This document shows positions 47,737 through 57,585 of a stretch of DNA of 64,000 nt, piece by piece. The notes under the pieces are model-generated. The model saw nothing but the letters and a program-made list of their open reading frames with translations, searched no databases and was not told the origin of the DNA. How positions within the stretch are numbered: position 1 is the stretch's first letter; each line of letters begins with the position of its first letter. A program made the translations under genes and the position numbers. Origin of the DNA: Fidelibacterota bacterium (GTDB lineage Bacteria; Fidelibacterota; Fidelibacteria; Fidelibacterales; DSDE01); NCBI GenBank assembly GCA_046735395.1, contig JBJKQR010000047.1:1-64000 (forward strand). The letters are read 5' to 3'.

Positions 47737-48876
47737 TTAAAAAAGAAAATTTACGGCAAGGGAAGACTGGCTCCAGTTTTCCTTCAGAGTACCATAGGTC
47801 CAGTCCAGTTTCTGCCATGAAACACTGAGGCCTACATTCTGATTCAGCAGGTAGGTCAGGCCACCGTTTATACCGGTCTGGTCGCTGAAATTGTGAGGAT
47901 CGGGGAGCAGCTGGTAGCCACCGTAAATATGGACGGGCAGAATTGGCAGATGGACGGCCAGGCCGACATGGTGATTCAGTGTCGGATGCAGGGAATTTTC
48001 GATGTCCTGATTCAGGCTGATATCCCAGCTCACACCTCCGTCAACAAGGTTTGAGGAAAAATTCAGATTGGGCCAGCTGCAGTATTCGGCTTCATAAAAC
48101 ACATTCACGAAGCGGCTGTACAGAGACAGGCCGCCCCGCAGTACAGGAGACTGGCTCACACTGTACCGGTAGGTCTGGGGATAGGCATGAGCTGCATCGG
48201 AATATTGTTCATTGACAGAGATCCAGGCCGGATATTCGGCAGAGAGCCCGATATTCAGCCAGGGTGTCAGCCGCTGGAGCAGGCCCACATTCAGACTGAT
48301 TCCCTTGTATTTCGGCTGCCAGAGATATTTATCGTTGCTGACCAGATCCGTTTCAAGCATCTCATCGCTGCCGAAGAGATACTTCAGGGAGGCGCCGAGG
48401 AAGAGATTCTTCTCAAATTCCACAGCCAGAGCGGCATGGAGACTTTTCATACTGCCTTCTTCGCGGAGATGGGAAATATCATCATAATAATCCATGGCGT
48501 AATCATATTCGCGGGTAAAGCCGAAGCCGGCGCTGAGGCTGCCCTGATAAACGGGAATAGGAAAAATCAGGGACAGGGAGGACAGGCCACCCAGATTGAG
48601 TTTGTCTCCGTTTCCGTCGTAAGATCCGGAACTATAGCCCAGATTAAAGCTGCGGAAGCGCTGGAGGCCGATATTGGCAGGATTGCTGCCCATTTCCGGA
48701 ATGACCTGGCCTGCCGCCACGCTGGCATGGCCCACAGACTGGGTCATGGTATTGCCGGTCGTAAAACCGTAGAAAGGACGCAGAGCATCGTTCACATCCT
48801 GGCCTGACAGAGCGGAGGCAAGGGTCAGCGAAAGCAGAGCGGATAGGATCATCGAGACTTTATGTGTGCGCTTCAT
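47737..48876 (-). CDS. FadL/OmpP1-like outer-membrane beta-barrel
   Basis: Signal peptide, N-terminal DALR...SVGHA...NPANIG hatch motif, amphipathic strands and C-terminal Phe. Confidence 0.68.
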   Translation of the reverse strand: MKRTHKVSMILSALLSLTLASALSGQDVNDALRPFYGFTTGNTMTQSVGHASVAAGQVIPEMGSNPANIGLQRFRSFNLGYSSGSYDGNGDKLNLGGLSSLSLIFPIPVYQGSLSAGFGFTREYDYAMDYYDDISHLREEGSMKSLHAALAVEFEKNLFLGASLKYLFGSDEMLETDLVSNDKYLWQPKYKGISLNVGLLQRLTPWLNIGLSAEYPAWISVNEQYSDAAHAYPQTYRYSVSQSPVLRGGLSLYSRFVNVFYEAEYCSWPNLNFSSNLVDGGVSWDISLNQDIENSLHPTLNHHVGLAVHLPILPVHIYGGYQLLPDPHNFSDQTGINGGLTYLLNQNVGLSVSWQKLDWTYGTLKENWSQSSLAVNFLF

Positions 48877-49586
48877 TATCGTTTCCTTTTTTTTGTCCGG
48901 GCTGTGCTGGTCGTTTTTTCGGTTGTGGTTTTGGCGGGTTTATCCGCTTTTGCTTCTTTGGTCGCCTTGGGCTTGAAAATGGACCGGTTTTCCTTCGTAT
49001 TCACTTTCACCGGTGTCGGTTCTGCCTTCTGGGATGATTTTTTTACAGATTCGGATCCTGAATTCCCGCTTGTGCCGGCCGAAGCTCCGGAAGATCCGGA
49101 ACCGGTAGCCGGAGCCAGGATATACCGGGGATCATCCGGTGCGGTGATGGCCGCATTGCCGCTGCTGCTGCCGGGATTGCCGGGAGTCCTGCCGAAATTA
49201 TTCGTCCGCCGCTCCTTTTCCGGTGCCGGTACGGTCACACCGCTGCCGCCGTGCCCGTTATAACCGTCGTAGCCATAACTGTAATGCGGATGACGGTTGA
49301 AATGGTACCAGCGCATATCATCATAATAATAAGAGCTGTTATAATAATACGGATCAAAATAATAACCATCCATGAACCAGTTGTAGCGCATATAGCGTCG
49401 GTCAGCATAAAAGGGCCGGTTATAGTACATCCCATTGTAATAATAGTAGTTATTGGTCACAACGGCATTCGAATCCTGAGCGTCCAGTGTGCTCTGAATA
49501 TCCTCGGGCAGCACGGATGGCTGAGTAACGATGGTATAACATCCGCTCAGCAGAACGGAGAATACCAGTGGAATGATATATTTCAT
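48876..49586 (-). CDS. Tyr-rich lipoprotein with low-complexity tail
   Basis: Lipobox LSGC, a Y/N/D-rich segment, then a G/S-rich and K/T-rich tail. The stop abuts the barrel gene start. Confidence 0.7.
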   Translation of the reverse strand: MKYIIPLVFSVLLSGCYTIVTQPSVLPEDIQSTLDAQDSNAVVTNNYYYYNGMYYNRPFYADRRYMRYNWFMDGYYFDPYYYNSSYYYDDMRWYHFNRHPHYSYGYDGYNGHGGSGVTVPAPEKERRTNNFGRTPGNPGSSSGNAAITAPDDPRYILAPATGSGSSGASAGTSGNSGSESVKKSSQKAEPTPVKVNTKENRSIFKPKATKEAKADKPAKTTTEKTTSTARTKKRKR

Positions 49587-49615
49587 GAATCTGCTCCCTT
49601 TTTTCCTTTCGGGAT

Positions 49616-50446
49616 TCATTGATATGAATCCAACAGGAATTTATGGTTTTTACTCATAGCGATCAAATCATTGGCCGGATTCAGACTTTTATTATCAGCT
49701 TCTGACGGATCAATGGCTGCCCGGATCCTGCCCGGCTCTTCGCCAGCCCGCACGAGTCGTCTGCCGTCACAGGACGTAATCTGGCTCTGTCCCGTGAAGG
49801 AGAGGCTTTCGTCCCATCTCTGTTCCCGCCCCGTCCGGTTTGCAGTCACCGTGAAAACACGATTTTCCAGAGAGCGGGTCAGCATGGCATCCTGACACCA
49901 GGGAAGGACCAGATTGGAAGGATGGGCGATAATCTGGGCCCCGCGCAGGGACAGGCTGCGGCTGACTTCCGGAAAAACCCAGTCGAAGCAGATCATGACT
50001 CCCAGTCGGGCAAATCCGAGATCAACAACAGGCGGGAGCGCGCTTCCCGCGTCGAAGACCTCCGGTTCCCGATAAAAGAGGTTGATCTTTCTGTACACGC
50101 CGATGCTTCCTTTCTCTGTAATGACGGCTGCGGAATTATAGATTTTTCCACCGGCCTTTTCTGCCAATCCCGCAACAATCACTGCACTAAATTGGACAGC
50201 AAGTTCTCTGAGAAAGTTAACGGACGGGCCGGTCCGGAGATCTTCGGCCAGCAGGGCAGCCTCATTCCGGTCCCGGAACTGGTACCCGGTCGTACATAAT
50301 TCGGGGAGAACCACAATCGAGGCATTCGGAGGAAAATCCGCGGCGATCCGATCCAGATTTCCTGGAATGTCGCCGAAAACGGGCGAGGTCTGAAGCGCGG
50401 CGATTTCGATGCGGCTTCCTTGATTTTCTGTCATGTTCTGATCCAT
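49616..50446 (-). CDS. Carbon-nitrogen hydrolase (nitrilase family)
   Basis: Glu-Lys-Cys triad motifs VLPEL, YRKINLF and MICFDW, plus ANRTG. Confidence 0.9.
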   Translation of the reverse strand: MDQNMTENQGSRIEIAALQTSPVFGDIPGNLDRIAADFPPNASIVVLPELCTTGYQFRDRNEAALLAEDLRTGPSVNFLRELAVQFSAVIVAGLAEKAGGKIYNSAAVITEKGSIGVYRKINLFYREPEVFDAGSALPPVVDLGFARLGVMICFDWVFPEVSRSLSLRGAQIIAHPSNLVLPWCQDAMLTRSLENRVFTVTANRTGREQRWDESLSFTGQSQITSCDGRRLVRAGEEPGRIRAAIDPSEADNKSLNPANDLIAMSKNHKFLLDSYQ

Positions 50447-50467
50447 TCGTCTCTGAATTTAATATAC

Positions 50468-50496
50468 AAAAAAAGGACGCAGAAGTTGCGTCCTTT
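50468..50496 (-). terminator. Intrinsic terminator after the TPR gene
   Basis: AAAGGACGCA-N5-TGCGTCCTTT hairpin with a U7 tract on the minus strand. Confidence 0.8.
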
Positions 50497-50523
50497 ATGA
50501 GAGAAATTTTTATAAAAATATAT

Positions 50524-51573
50524 CTATTCGAGAGCTTTTGCCTGCCGAATGAGGTCCAGGCCTTCCTCATAGCGCTTCTGTCCGTTGAGGGCATTGGCGA
50601 GTTTGCGCATGTAATTCGGATTCATGGGATCAGCATCAAGCAGCTGGCGATAGTAACCTTCGGCAGAAATATAATCCTGCTGATTGATGTACACGTCACC
50701 CACCGCTTCGACCACTTCCAGATCACTGGGATCGAAGGAGAGCACCTGCTGAAACTGGAGATTGGCATTATCCAGATCATTCAGCTTGATATAGAGCAGG
50801 CCCAGATTGAAATACAGATCCTTTTCCGTGGGGAAATTGACAATGGCATCCTTGTAGATCTGCGTGGCTTCGTCATATTTTCCGGCTTCGAACAGAAAAA
50901 CGCCGAGATTTTCGATGTTTTTCAGGTTTTCAGGATCATTTTTCACAGATTCGGTCAGAAGGGCAATTGCATCGTCTTTTCTGTCCATATCCACCAGATA
51001 GCGGGCTTTCAGTCCTTCCAGGTTGCTTTTGGGCTCGACAGTCTTGAGGGCTTCATCGATGAAATCCAGAGCCTTATCCTTATCATCGGCGAGGTCATAA
51101 TAGCAGCGTGCCAGCTGGACTGCCGTATTTTCATCCTTGGGATTGAAGATAAATGCGATACGAAAATCATCGATGGCCTTGCTGATGGCCTTGTCGCGAT
51201 CGGTTGCTTCATCCTTCACAATGGCATTGTAATACTTTACGCCGTCATTATAGCGTGTTCCCCAGTTATATTTGAACTGATTTGCAATTTCTGTTTCAAA
51301 CCTCGGCCCTCTCTGCAGGGACATATCGAGATATTTCTTGACCAGATCATATTTTTCCTGCTTCTGGTAGACATCGATTGCCAGAAGAAAGGGGACTTCA
51401 GGATTGGTAGGCTCGGTGTCGAGCGCTTTCAGAAAATATTCCTCGGCTTTGGGGAGATTTTCCTGCTGTACGTACATCTTCGCGCTGGTGTATTCAGGAG
51501 AATTACAGCTCCAGAAAGCCAGAACGGCAGTTAGGCTCACGATGCCCGTTAAAATGTGTTTTTTTACCTTCAT
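50524..51573 (-). CDS. Tetratricopeptide repeat lipoprotein
   Basis: Lipobox-like WSC and multiple TPR units (A..Y.KAL...P, YFNLG.LY, L..DP). Confidence 0.85.
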   Translation of the reverse strand: MKVKKHILTGIVSLTAVLAFWSCNSPEYTSAKMYVQQENLPKAEEYFLKALDTEPTNPEVPFLLAIDVYQKQEKYDLVKKYLDMSLQRGPRFETEIANQFKYNWGTRYNDGVKYYNAIVKDEATDRDKAISKAIDDFRIAFIFNPKDENTAVQLARCYYDLADDKDKALDFIDEALKTVEPKSNLEGLKARYLVDMDRKDDAIALLTESVKNDPENLKNIENLGVFLFEAGKYDEATQIYKDAIVNFPTEKDLYFNLGLLYIKLNDLDNANLQFQQVLSFDPSDLEVVEAVGDVYINQQDYISAEGYYRQLLDADPMNPNYMRKLANALNGQKRYEEGLDLIRQAKALE

Positions 51574-51677
51574 TTCTTCCTCTTTTTTATGAGATATGAA
51601 TATACGTATTAATCCGAAAAATTGAAAGGGAACATCCGGTTTTGAGTTAAAATCGCGGAGCCTTCGGGCGGATGTGC

Positions 51678-53465
51678 CTATCTGTCGGCGGACAGATCCG
51701 AGATCATTTTTTCGGAATGATCCAGCTCAGTCAGCAGATCCTGTTTCTTCTCTGAAAAGTAATGTTCAAATCTGCCGAAAAGATCCCGGTAATACTGGAT
51801 TCCTTCCTTCAGATTAGCGCGAAACTTTTCCAGGTATACTTCCTGCTTATCGTTCAGGGTCCGTCTGTGTTCGGCAAATCTGTCGGCCAGATAATTGGCG
51901 TATATCCGCAGTTCCTTGATGAATACGTGAGGCCTGTCCTTTCTTTCGATGATATTTGTACGGCCATAGATATGATCGCACATTTCCGGAAGCGAGGAGG
52001 GTTTGGAAAAATAGGCCATATTGGGACCCGGGCAGACAGACACGCCCGGCCCGAGGCCTTTGATATCCATATCGTTCACTATGTAGCCGGCAGTGCCCAG
52101 GCCTACGCAGATACATGCTTTTTCCACGATTTTGTCATAGGCGGATTTGTATTCATCCTCAGGCAGCTGCAGGGTTTCCAGTTCCTTGATCTTCAGCGCC
52201 TGATACTGTCTGGAAGCAATACAGATGCCTTTTTCTCCGAAATCGGTGTTCAGGCAGACGAATTTTTTCGGGCAGGGTGAGCCGGGCCGGTTGTTTTTGA
52301 TCCACTCTTCCTTTTCCGCATCCTTGCTGTTGCCGCGCAGATTATTGAAGGGAACACCGAGGGGCGAAATGCCGCTGAGATAGAGGTCCTCTTCCCGGGC
52401 TTCACGCAGCTGCTTTCGTGTGTTTTCATCGACGGTGGTCACATCGGGAGCCAGCAGGAAGGGTGTGCCCCAGCCTATGGAGTCGAGTCCGTAATGGTCC
52501 ATGAGAAATTCATGTTCACGCGCTGTTCCCACACCACCCTGGGCCGTAATTTTCAGTTCCGGTGCCCGGGCGGGAACCGTTTTACCCAGATTTTCCAATG
52601 CGGTTTTCAGCATACTCCACATCGTTTCGGTAAGATTTTCCCGGCTGTTTTTGAATTCTTCCAGAATGGGGCCCATCAGGTAACCGTCGGTGGCAAAGGC
52701 GTGGCCTCCGCAATTGAGCCCGGATTCTACGCGGAACTCGGAAACCCAGATCCCTTTTTTCGCAAGGAATTTGCCCTGAATGAGGGCGGAACGGTAATCG
52801 GAAACCTTGAGAATGACCTTTTTACGGATATCTCCCTCAGAATCAGGAAAGAAATCTTCGAAATTCTCCATATACCCGTAGAGCCGCGGATTCATGCCGG
52901 CTGACAGAACAATGGCCGCCCGCAGGTTACTCCGGGCGAATCCCCTGAGCGCCGCATGGGCATCGTTATATTCCGTGGGCAGGGGTTTGCCGTCCCGGTA
53001 ATTGGTTCCGTCAACTTTGGTCATGATGTTCACATCAATAGTGCCGGGCATGATGTGTTTGTGCAGCCAGGCACGGGTTTTTTCGGCCAGCGTGCCGTTC
53101 TGCAGCATTTCCATGAAATCCTTTCTCAGCTGAGATCCATCCGGAAGCATGTCGAAATATTTCTTCAGTTCGCTGCCGGTTTCATAGATGGAATTCCGGA
53201 TTTCCTGCAGTTTTTCCGATACCAGCTTATCCAGCATATTGAGATAGGCCGTAATGCGCTTGGCCCGGAAGTCTTCGATTTTATCATGGATTTCCTGATA
53301 GGGAATATTGAACAGATTTGAATAATGAGCCCGCAGTTTTTCCAGCAGAATATCGTCCACGAGAGAGACAACGGACGATATGCCGTAAGGGGCTGTCTTC
53401 AGTGGTGTTTCTGCCGTGAAGGCGATTCCCATTACGGGAATGTGAAAAGAATGAATTGTCGTCAT
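51678..53465 (-). CDS. Conserved hypothetical protein, probable FMN-dependent TIM barrel (nitronate monooxygenase/FabK-like)
   Basis: HIPVMG, VNIMTK, LSAGM, ESGLNCGGH, ITAQGGVG and GWGTPFL motifs, plus a Cys-rich C-terminal part. Confidence 0.6.
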   Translation of the reverse strand: MTTIHSFHIPVMGIAFTAETPLKTAPYGISSVVSLVDDILLEKLRAHYSNLFNIPYQEIHDKIEDFRAKRITAYLNMLDKLVSEKLQEIRNSIYETGSELKKYFDMLPDGSQLRKDFMEMLQNGTLAEKTRAWLHKHIMPGTIDVNIMTKVDGTNYRDGKPLPTEYNDAHAALRGFARSNLRAAIVLSAGMNPRLYGYMENFEDFFPDSEGDIRKKVILKVSDYRSALIQGKFLAKKGIWVSEFRVESGLNCGGHAFATDGYLMGPILEEFKNSRENLTETMWSMLKTALENLGKTVPARAPELKITAQGGVGTAREHEFLMDHYGLDSIGWGTPFLLAPDVTTVDENTRKQLREAREEDLYLSGISPLGVPFNNLRGNSKDAEKEEWIKNNRPGSPCPKKFVCLNTDFGEKGICIASRQYQALKIKELETLQLPEDEYKSAYDKIVEKACICVGLGTAGYIVNDMDIKGLGPGVSVCPGPNMAYFSKPSSLPEMCDHIYGRTNIIERKDRPHVFIKELRIYANYLADRFAEHRRTLNDKQEVYLEKFRANLKEGIQYYRDLFGRFEHYFSEKKQDLLTELDHSEKMISDLSADR

Positions 53466-53502
53466 ACTATAGTTCCTGTGTGTGAGTTAAACGGCTGCAG
53501 GC

Positions 53503-55056
53503 TCAATTTACTGCCTGCAGAATCAGGTACACGGAGGTGCCTGAATTTTCGGGATGCATGGTCTGGTCACGTGATTCAATCCGGACATCGCCTCCCATGG
53601 AGCGCAGCGTCTTCTGCACGAGCGGCATGCCGAATCCGGTCCCTTTTTCTCCCATTGTTCCGGGACGGGTCGTGTGTGCGGACGGATCCCATAATTTTGT
53701 CAGCAGATCATCGGGAATACCGATTCCCTCATCTTTGATCATTAATTCTATCTTATCGCGCAGATGAGCTCTGGCATCAATTTCTATCTTTCCCCTGCTG
53801 GGTGAAAATTTAATGGCATTGCTGATGACATTGTTCAGGGCATTGACGGACAGGGTCAGCGGATCCGCCAGGACCCGACAACAATCTATACCGGATCCCA
53901 GGACGCATTCGATTTCCTTTTCTTCCATTCTGAAACGGAAATCCCGCAGCATGCTTTCAATAACCGGAGCCAGTTCGATTGGCTGAAGTTCCGGCCTGTA
54001 TTTCCCGGATTCAAGCGCCAGCTGTTCCCGGACCAGATCGATGATGTGGTCCTGCTGTTCGGCTGATTCACGAATATAGGTGGCCATATTGCGGACGCTT
54101 CCGTTCAGATTGTCCTCCATGAGGATGAGATCCGTATAGCCGAAAATGGACGTGATATAATTTTTCAGATCGTGACTGAGCACCCGGAGCAGGCTTTCCT
54201 TGTCATCCGACAGCCGTTTCAGCGCCGTATTTCTTTTTTCCAGGGTTTTAGACAGATTGGCAACCCGGCTCAGGGCCGTCATGATGTGCGCCAGAACTGC
54301 CAGGATGAGCAGCGCCGACAACATGGTGATGAAATTCGCAATGAGCCAGCCATGAACAGAGAAGGGAAAATAGGAGACCATCTGAATGAGGTCCTTACCG
54401 TCCAGATCCTTCAGATTATGGCTGCGGCTTGAAAAACCGTCTATCTTTTCAGGAGCTGCACCGAGGGCTGCAAATCGGACCGGAAATCCGGTGACCGTGC
54501 TGATGTTATCGGCCAGGCTGTCCGAAAGCAGTTTATAAAAGAGCACGTAGAAATTTCCGCTGTCTGCCGCGACCGGCACGATGGAATAGAGAACCGTATT
54601 CAGGGAAACGGGGCAGGTATGAATGCCCTGAAGCTCCGCATCCCGGTTCAGGCAGACTTCCAGTCCCTCCAGAGCGATATCATCACCCTTACCCTGAATC
54701 AGTACGTGATCCTTGTTTACCAGCATAATTCCGTCAACCAGATTATCTTCATATGCATATACGGGAATGTCCCGGGTGATATTCCGGCCCTCCACTTCGG
54801 CGCGGAGCTCTTCTTCGTTGCTGGCAACGAAGCTTTTCAGCAGATAGGTGATCTGCTTGTGGACTTCATTGAAATAATTTATCTGAATCGCGACGATTTT
54901 GTTGCTTTCCATCCGGGCCGCGCGCAGCGTACGCAGGAACATGATGAAGATGCTGAAGGCCGTGAGGGCGATGATGATAAGGGCGATTCGGCGGAGTTTT
55001 TTAATATTTTTTATACTGCTGTCCATCAGGACGGAAATTACCGAAGCCATTTTCAT
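53503..55056 (-). CDS. Membrane sensor histidine kinase (orphan)
   Basis: TM-periplasmic-TM layout, H-box LSHDLKN, N-box NVISNAIKF and G-boxes DEGIGI and GTGFGM. Confidence 0.92.
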   Translation of the reverse strand: MKMASVISVLMDSSIKNIKKLRRIALIIIALTAFSIFIMFLRTLRAARMESNKIVAIQINYFNEVHKQITYLLKSFVASNEEELRAEVEGRNITRDIPVYAYEDNLVDGIMLVNKDHVLIQGKGDDIALEGLEVCLNRDAELQGIHTCPVSLNTVLYSIVPVAADSGNFYVLFYKLLSDSLADNISTVTGFPVRFAALGAAPEKIDGFSSRSHNLKDLDGKDLIQMVSYFPFSVHGWLIANFITMLSALLILAVLAHIMTALSRVANLSKTLEKRNTALKRLSDDKESLLRVLSHDLKNYITSIFGYTDLILMEDNLNGSVRNMATYIRESAEQQDHIIDLVREQLALESGKYRPELQPIELAPVIESMLRDFRFRMEEKEIECVLGSGIDCCRVLADPLTLSVNALNNVISNAIKFSPSRGKIEIDARAHLRDKIELMIKDEGIGIPDDLLTKLWDPSAHTTRPGTMGEKGTGFGMPLVQKTLRSMGGDVRIESRDQTMHPENSGTSVYLILQAVN

Positions 55057-55157
55057 AAATCAATGCCATATTACCCTAAGATACATGGAAAGTCCGGGCA
55101 TGATTATCAGATTGTGAAAAATTGTACCGAATTTATCCCATTTTATGGGGAAGGAAA

Positions 55158-56183
55158 TTATTCCGCGGGCCAGCAGCGCCGGCTGAGTTCCTCAAGATTT
55201 CCGCTGTCACCGCTTCCGATCCAAAGGGCCAGTTCCCGGGCAACATTCACGTAATTCTGGGGCTGGATCGCATCGGCATTCAGAAAGCGGGCAACACTGT
55301 CCGGGTCGAGAGTGGACATGGACCAGCCCAGGTTTTTTTCCGTGAGGGCGAGGGCGTTGCTTTCCTGTTCCAGCTGCCCTTTCAGAGGTTTGACCAGCAG
55401 TTTTTTTCCGATGTGCAGCGCTTCTCCGGGCAATTCGAAGCCGGCATTGCAGATGACACCGGAACAGTGTTTCAGGTCATGAAGGAAGCCGTTGCGGGAG
55501 GGGCTGCAAAACTCGATATTCGGAACCGGTTCAGCGAGGTTTCCGGATCCATAAACAATAAACTTGTGTTCAGGAAAGGGCTGCAGCAGCGCCCGGACAT
55601 CTTCAGCGGATTCGAAACTTAGGTAGACCAGAATGAAATTGTCATCGCGGATATCCGGCGCATTCAGAAGGGCCGGTGGGACGACGGGAGGCAGGATGGG
55701 GGAATTGAAGGGATGCCAGTGGAGCCCGATGGGAATATCCACAGGGGCAAAGCTTCGCAGCAGTCCCCGTGACAGGAGATCGCCGCTGCTTGTGGGGATG
55801 GGATAGCGGAATGCGTACTGATGGCCGATTCCGATGACGCTGCGCTGCTGTCGGGGCGCGGCCCAGGCGATAACCGGTTCGTAATCGGAAATAATGACAT
55901 CGTAGGGTCTGAGATCCAGATTCCGGATGTCGCTGAAGAACTGCAGCGGTTTCAGTCCGATCAGAGTCTTAAATACGCGAATCCGGCCATTTTCGGTGGC
56001 GAATGTGAAACCGTCCTTAACGGAATAGGGGCGCAACTCTTCCACGTCCCAGAGCTCGTTTTCCTTTCTGCCACTGAAGAGCACGGAAACCTGGTGTCCT
56101 GCGAGCTTCAGTTCTCTGACAAGTTCGCGGCTGCGGCTGATATGGCCGTTGCCCGTTGCCTGTACGCCGTATAAAATATTCAT
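55158..56183 (-). CDS. MJ1255/VC2487 family glycosyltransferase (GT-B)
   Basis: Start moved to ATG 56183. MNILYGVQATGNGHISRS, ISDYEP, IGHQY, CNAGFEL..EAL and PLKGQLEQESN motifs. Confidence 0.88.
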   Translation of the reverse strand: MNILYGVQATGNGHISRSRELVRELKLAGHQVSVLFSGRKENELWDVEELRPYSVKDGFTFATENGRIRVFKTLIGLKPLQFFSDIRNLDLRPYDVIISDYEPVIAWAAPRQQRSVIGIGHQYAFRYPIPTSSGDLLSRGLLRSFAPVDIPIGLHWHPFNSPILPPVVPPALLNAPDIRDDNFILVYLSFESAEDVRALLQPFPEHKFIVYGSGNLAEPVPNIEFCSPSRNGFLHDLKHCSGVICNAGFELPGEALHIGKKLLVKPLKGQLEQESNALALTEKNLGWSMSTLDPDSVARFLNADAIQPQNYVNVARELALWIGSGDSGNLEELSRRCWPAE

Positions 56184-56184
56184 A

Positions 56185-56709
56185 TCAGATTCCTGTGATG
56201 AGTATGGCTGCATGAGCGGAAACCAGTCCCAGCGCCATGCCGGCCAGAATATCCGAGGGATAGTGTACGCCGAGGTAAACCCGTGAGAAGCCGACAGAGA
56301 GGGCCCAGGCCAGAGCCGGAAGAAAGAAAATCGGGTTGAGGGCACTCAGGAAGACGAGCATAACGAATGCGGCGGCCGTATGTCCGCTGGGAAAACTGAA
56401 TTCATCAGAAGGGACGGTAAAGTTCACGATGTTCAGAGGCCCGGCAAAAGGGCGCAGGCGGCGGACATTCTTTTTAATGAGTTTGTAGAGACTTAATTCA
56501 ATGATGAATGCGAGAAAAATGGTTTCCATAAACGGCAGGATTGACTGCACATTCAGCTGGAGAGGAAGCAGAATCAGGATGAGAGGATAAAAGTATCCGT
56601 CACCGCTGAAGGAAATGGAGCGAATAATTTTATTCAGCATTCGCCGTCGCAATTTCATAACTTTCAGTATCAGCATGAAATCCCAGTATTGGATTGTCAG
56701 CTTTTCCAT
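56185..56709 (-). CDS. PAP2 family membrane phosphatase
   Basis: K..VRRLRP, SFPSGH and SRVYLGVHYPSD motifs. Confidence 0.93.
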   Translation of the reverse strand: MEKLTIQYWDFMLILKVMKLRRRMLNKIIRSISFSGDGYFYPLILILLPLQLNVQSILPFMETIFLAFIIELSLYKLIKKNVRRLRPFAGPLNIVNFTVPSDEFSFPSGHTAAAFVMLVFLSALNPIFFLPALAWALSVGFSRVYLGVHYPSDILAGMALGLVSAHAAILITGI

Positions 56710-56742
56710 GATTTCTCCTTTTTCATGGCCCGAATTTCCCTA

Positions 56743-56764
56743 TGTTATGTTAGGGTTTGATAAG
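56743..56764 (-). promoter_or_regulatory. Pho-box-like direct repeat upstream of PAP2
   Basis: Minus strand reads CTTATCAAACC-CTAACATAACA, two units at 11 bp spacing. Confidence 0.5.
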
Positions 56765-56840
56765 GACAGTATTTGAAAAAGGTTATTTCATTTTACTCAG
56801 CTGCAGCCGGAACAGATCCTTTTTATGAACAGTCTGATTT

Positions 56841-56872
56841 CTAATATAATTCTAACAAAAATCCTTTATATT
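56841..56872 (+). promoter_or_regulatory. Pho-box-like direct repeat plus -10 element upstream of the response regulator
   Basis: CTAATATAATT-CTAACAAAAAT at 11 bp spacing, followed by TATATT at 56867-56872. Confidence 0.55.
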
Positions 56873-56880
56873 CATGGTAA

Positions 56881-57585
56881 ATGAAAGCAAAAATGACAAA
56901 ATCAGCGAATATTTTAGTGATTGAGGATGAGGATGATATCCGCAAACTCATCGAATATTATCTGAAGACGGAAGGCTATACGGTAGTGACGGCCGATAAT
57001 GGCGAAGCCGGGCTGGAAAAGGTGCGGCAGGAGAAGCCGGATCTGCTGGTTCTGGATCTCATGCTGCCGGGCCTGGACGGCCGTGATATCTGCCGGATTC
57101 TGAAGGCGGATTCCCGGACACTTGATCTGCCCATTGTCATGCTGACGGCCCGCAGCTCGGATGATGATATCGTGGAAGGACTGGAAATCGGGGCGGATGA
57201 CTACATCACAAAACCCTTCAGTCCCAAAGTGCTCATCGCCCGGATCCGGAAAATTCTGGACAACGGCGGCGGCGGATCCCGAAGCGAGGATCTGATCCGC
57301 CACGGGGATCTTGAAGTGAATTACCGGAACCGGGACCTGTCCATCGCATCGCAGAAAATAGATCTGACCTATACGGAATTTGAAATGCTGTACCTGTTTA
57401 TCTCCCATCCCGGGCAGGTCTTCAGCCGCTTCGAAATCGTCAATGCCATCAAAGGCGACAATTATATTGTGACCGACCGGACCATCGACTTTCAGATGGT
57501 CGGTCTCCGTAAAAAACTTGGTTCCTATGCACGCTTACTCAAAACCGTTCGCGGAGCCGGGTACAAATTTCAGGCAGATGAATGA
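56881..57585 (+). CDS. phoB: OmpR-family response regulator (PhoB/PhoP-like)
   Basis: IEDE, LDLMLP, LTA, GADDYITKPF and winged-helix DRTID...LRKKL...TVRGAGY. Overlaps the PhoR-like kinase gene. Confidence 0.75.
   Translation: MKAKMTKSANILVIEDEDDIRKLIEYYLKTEGYTVVTADNGEAGLEKVRQEKPDLLVLDLMLPGLDGRDICRILKADSRTLDLPIVMLTARSSDDDIVEGLEIGADDYITKPFSPKVLIARIRKILDNGGGGSRSEDLIRHGDLEVNYRNRDLSIASQKIDLTYTEFEMLYLFISHPGQVFSRFEIVNAIKGDNYIVTDRTIDFQMVGLRKKLGSYARLLKTVRGAGYKFQADE

Noticed and set aside
49260..49450. TAA/TAG-rich repetitive-looking DNA
   Set aside because: Explained by Tyr/Asn codons of the lipoprotein on the minus strand; not an array.
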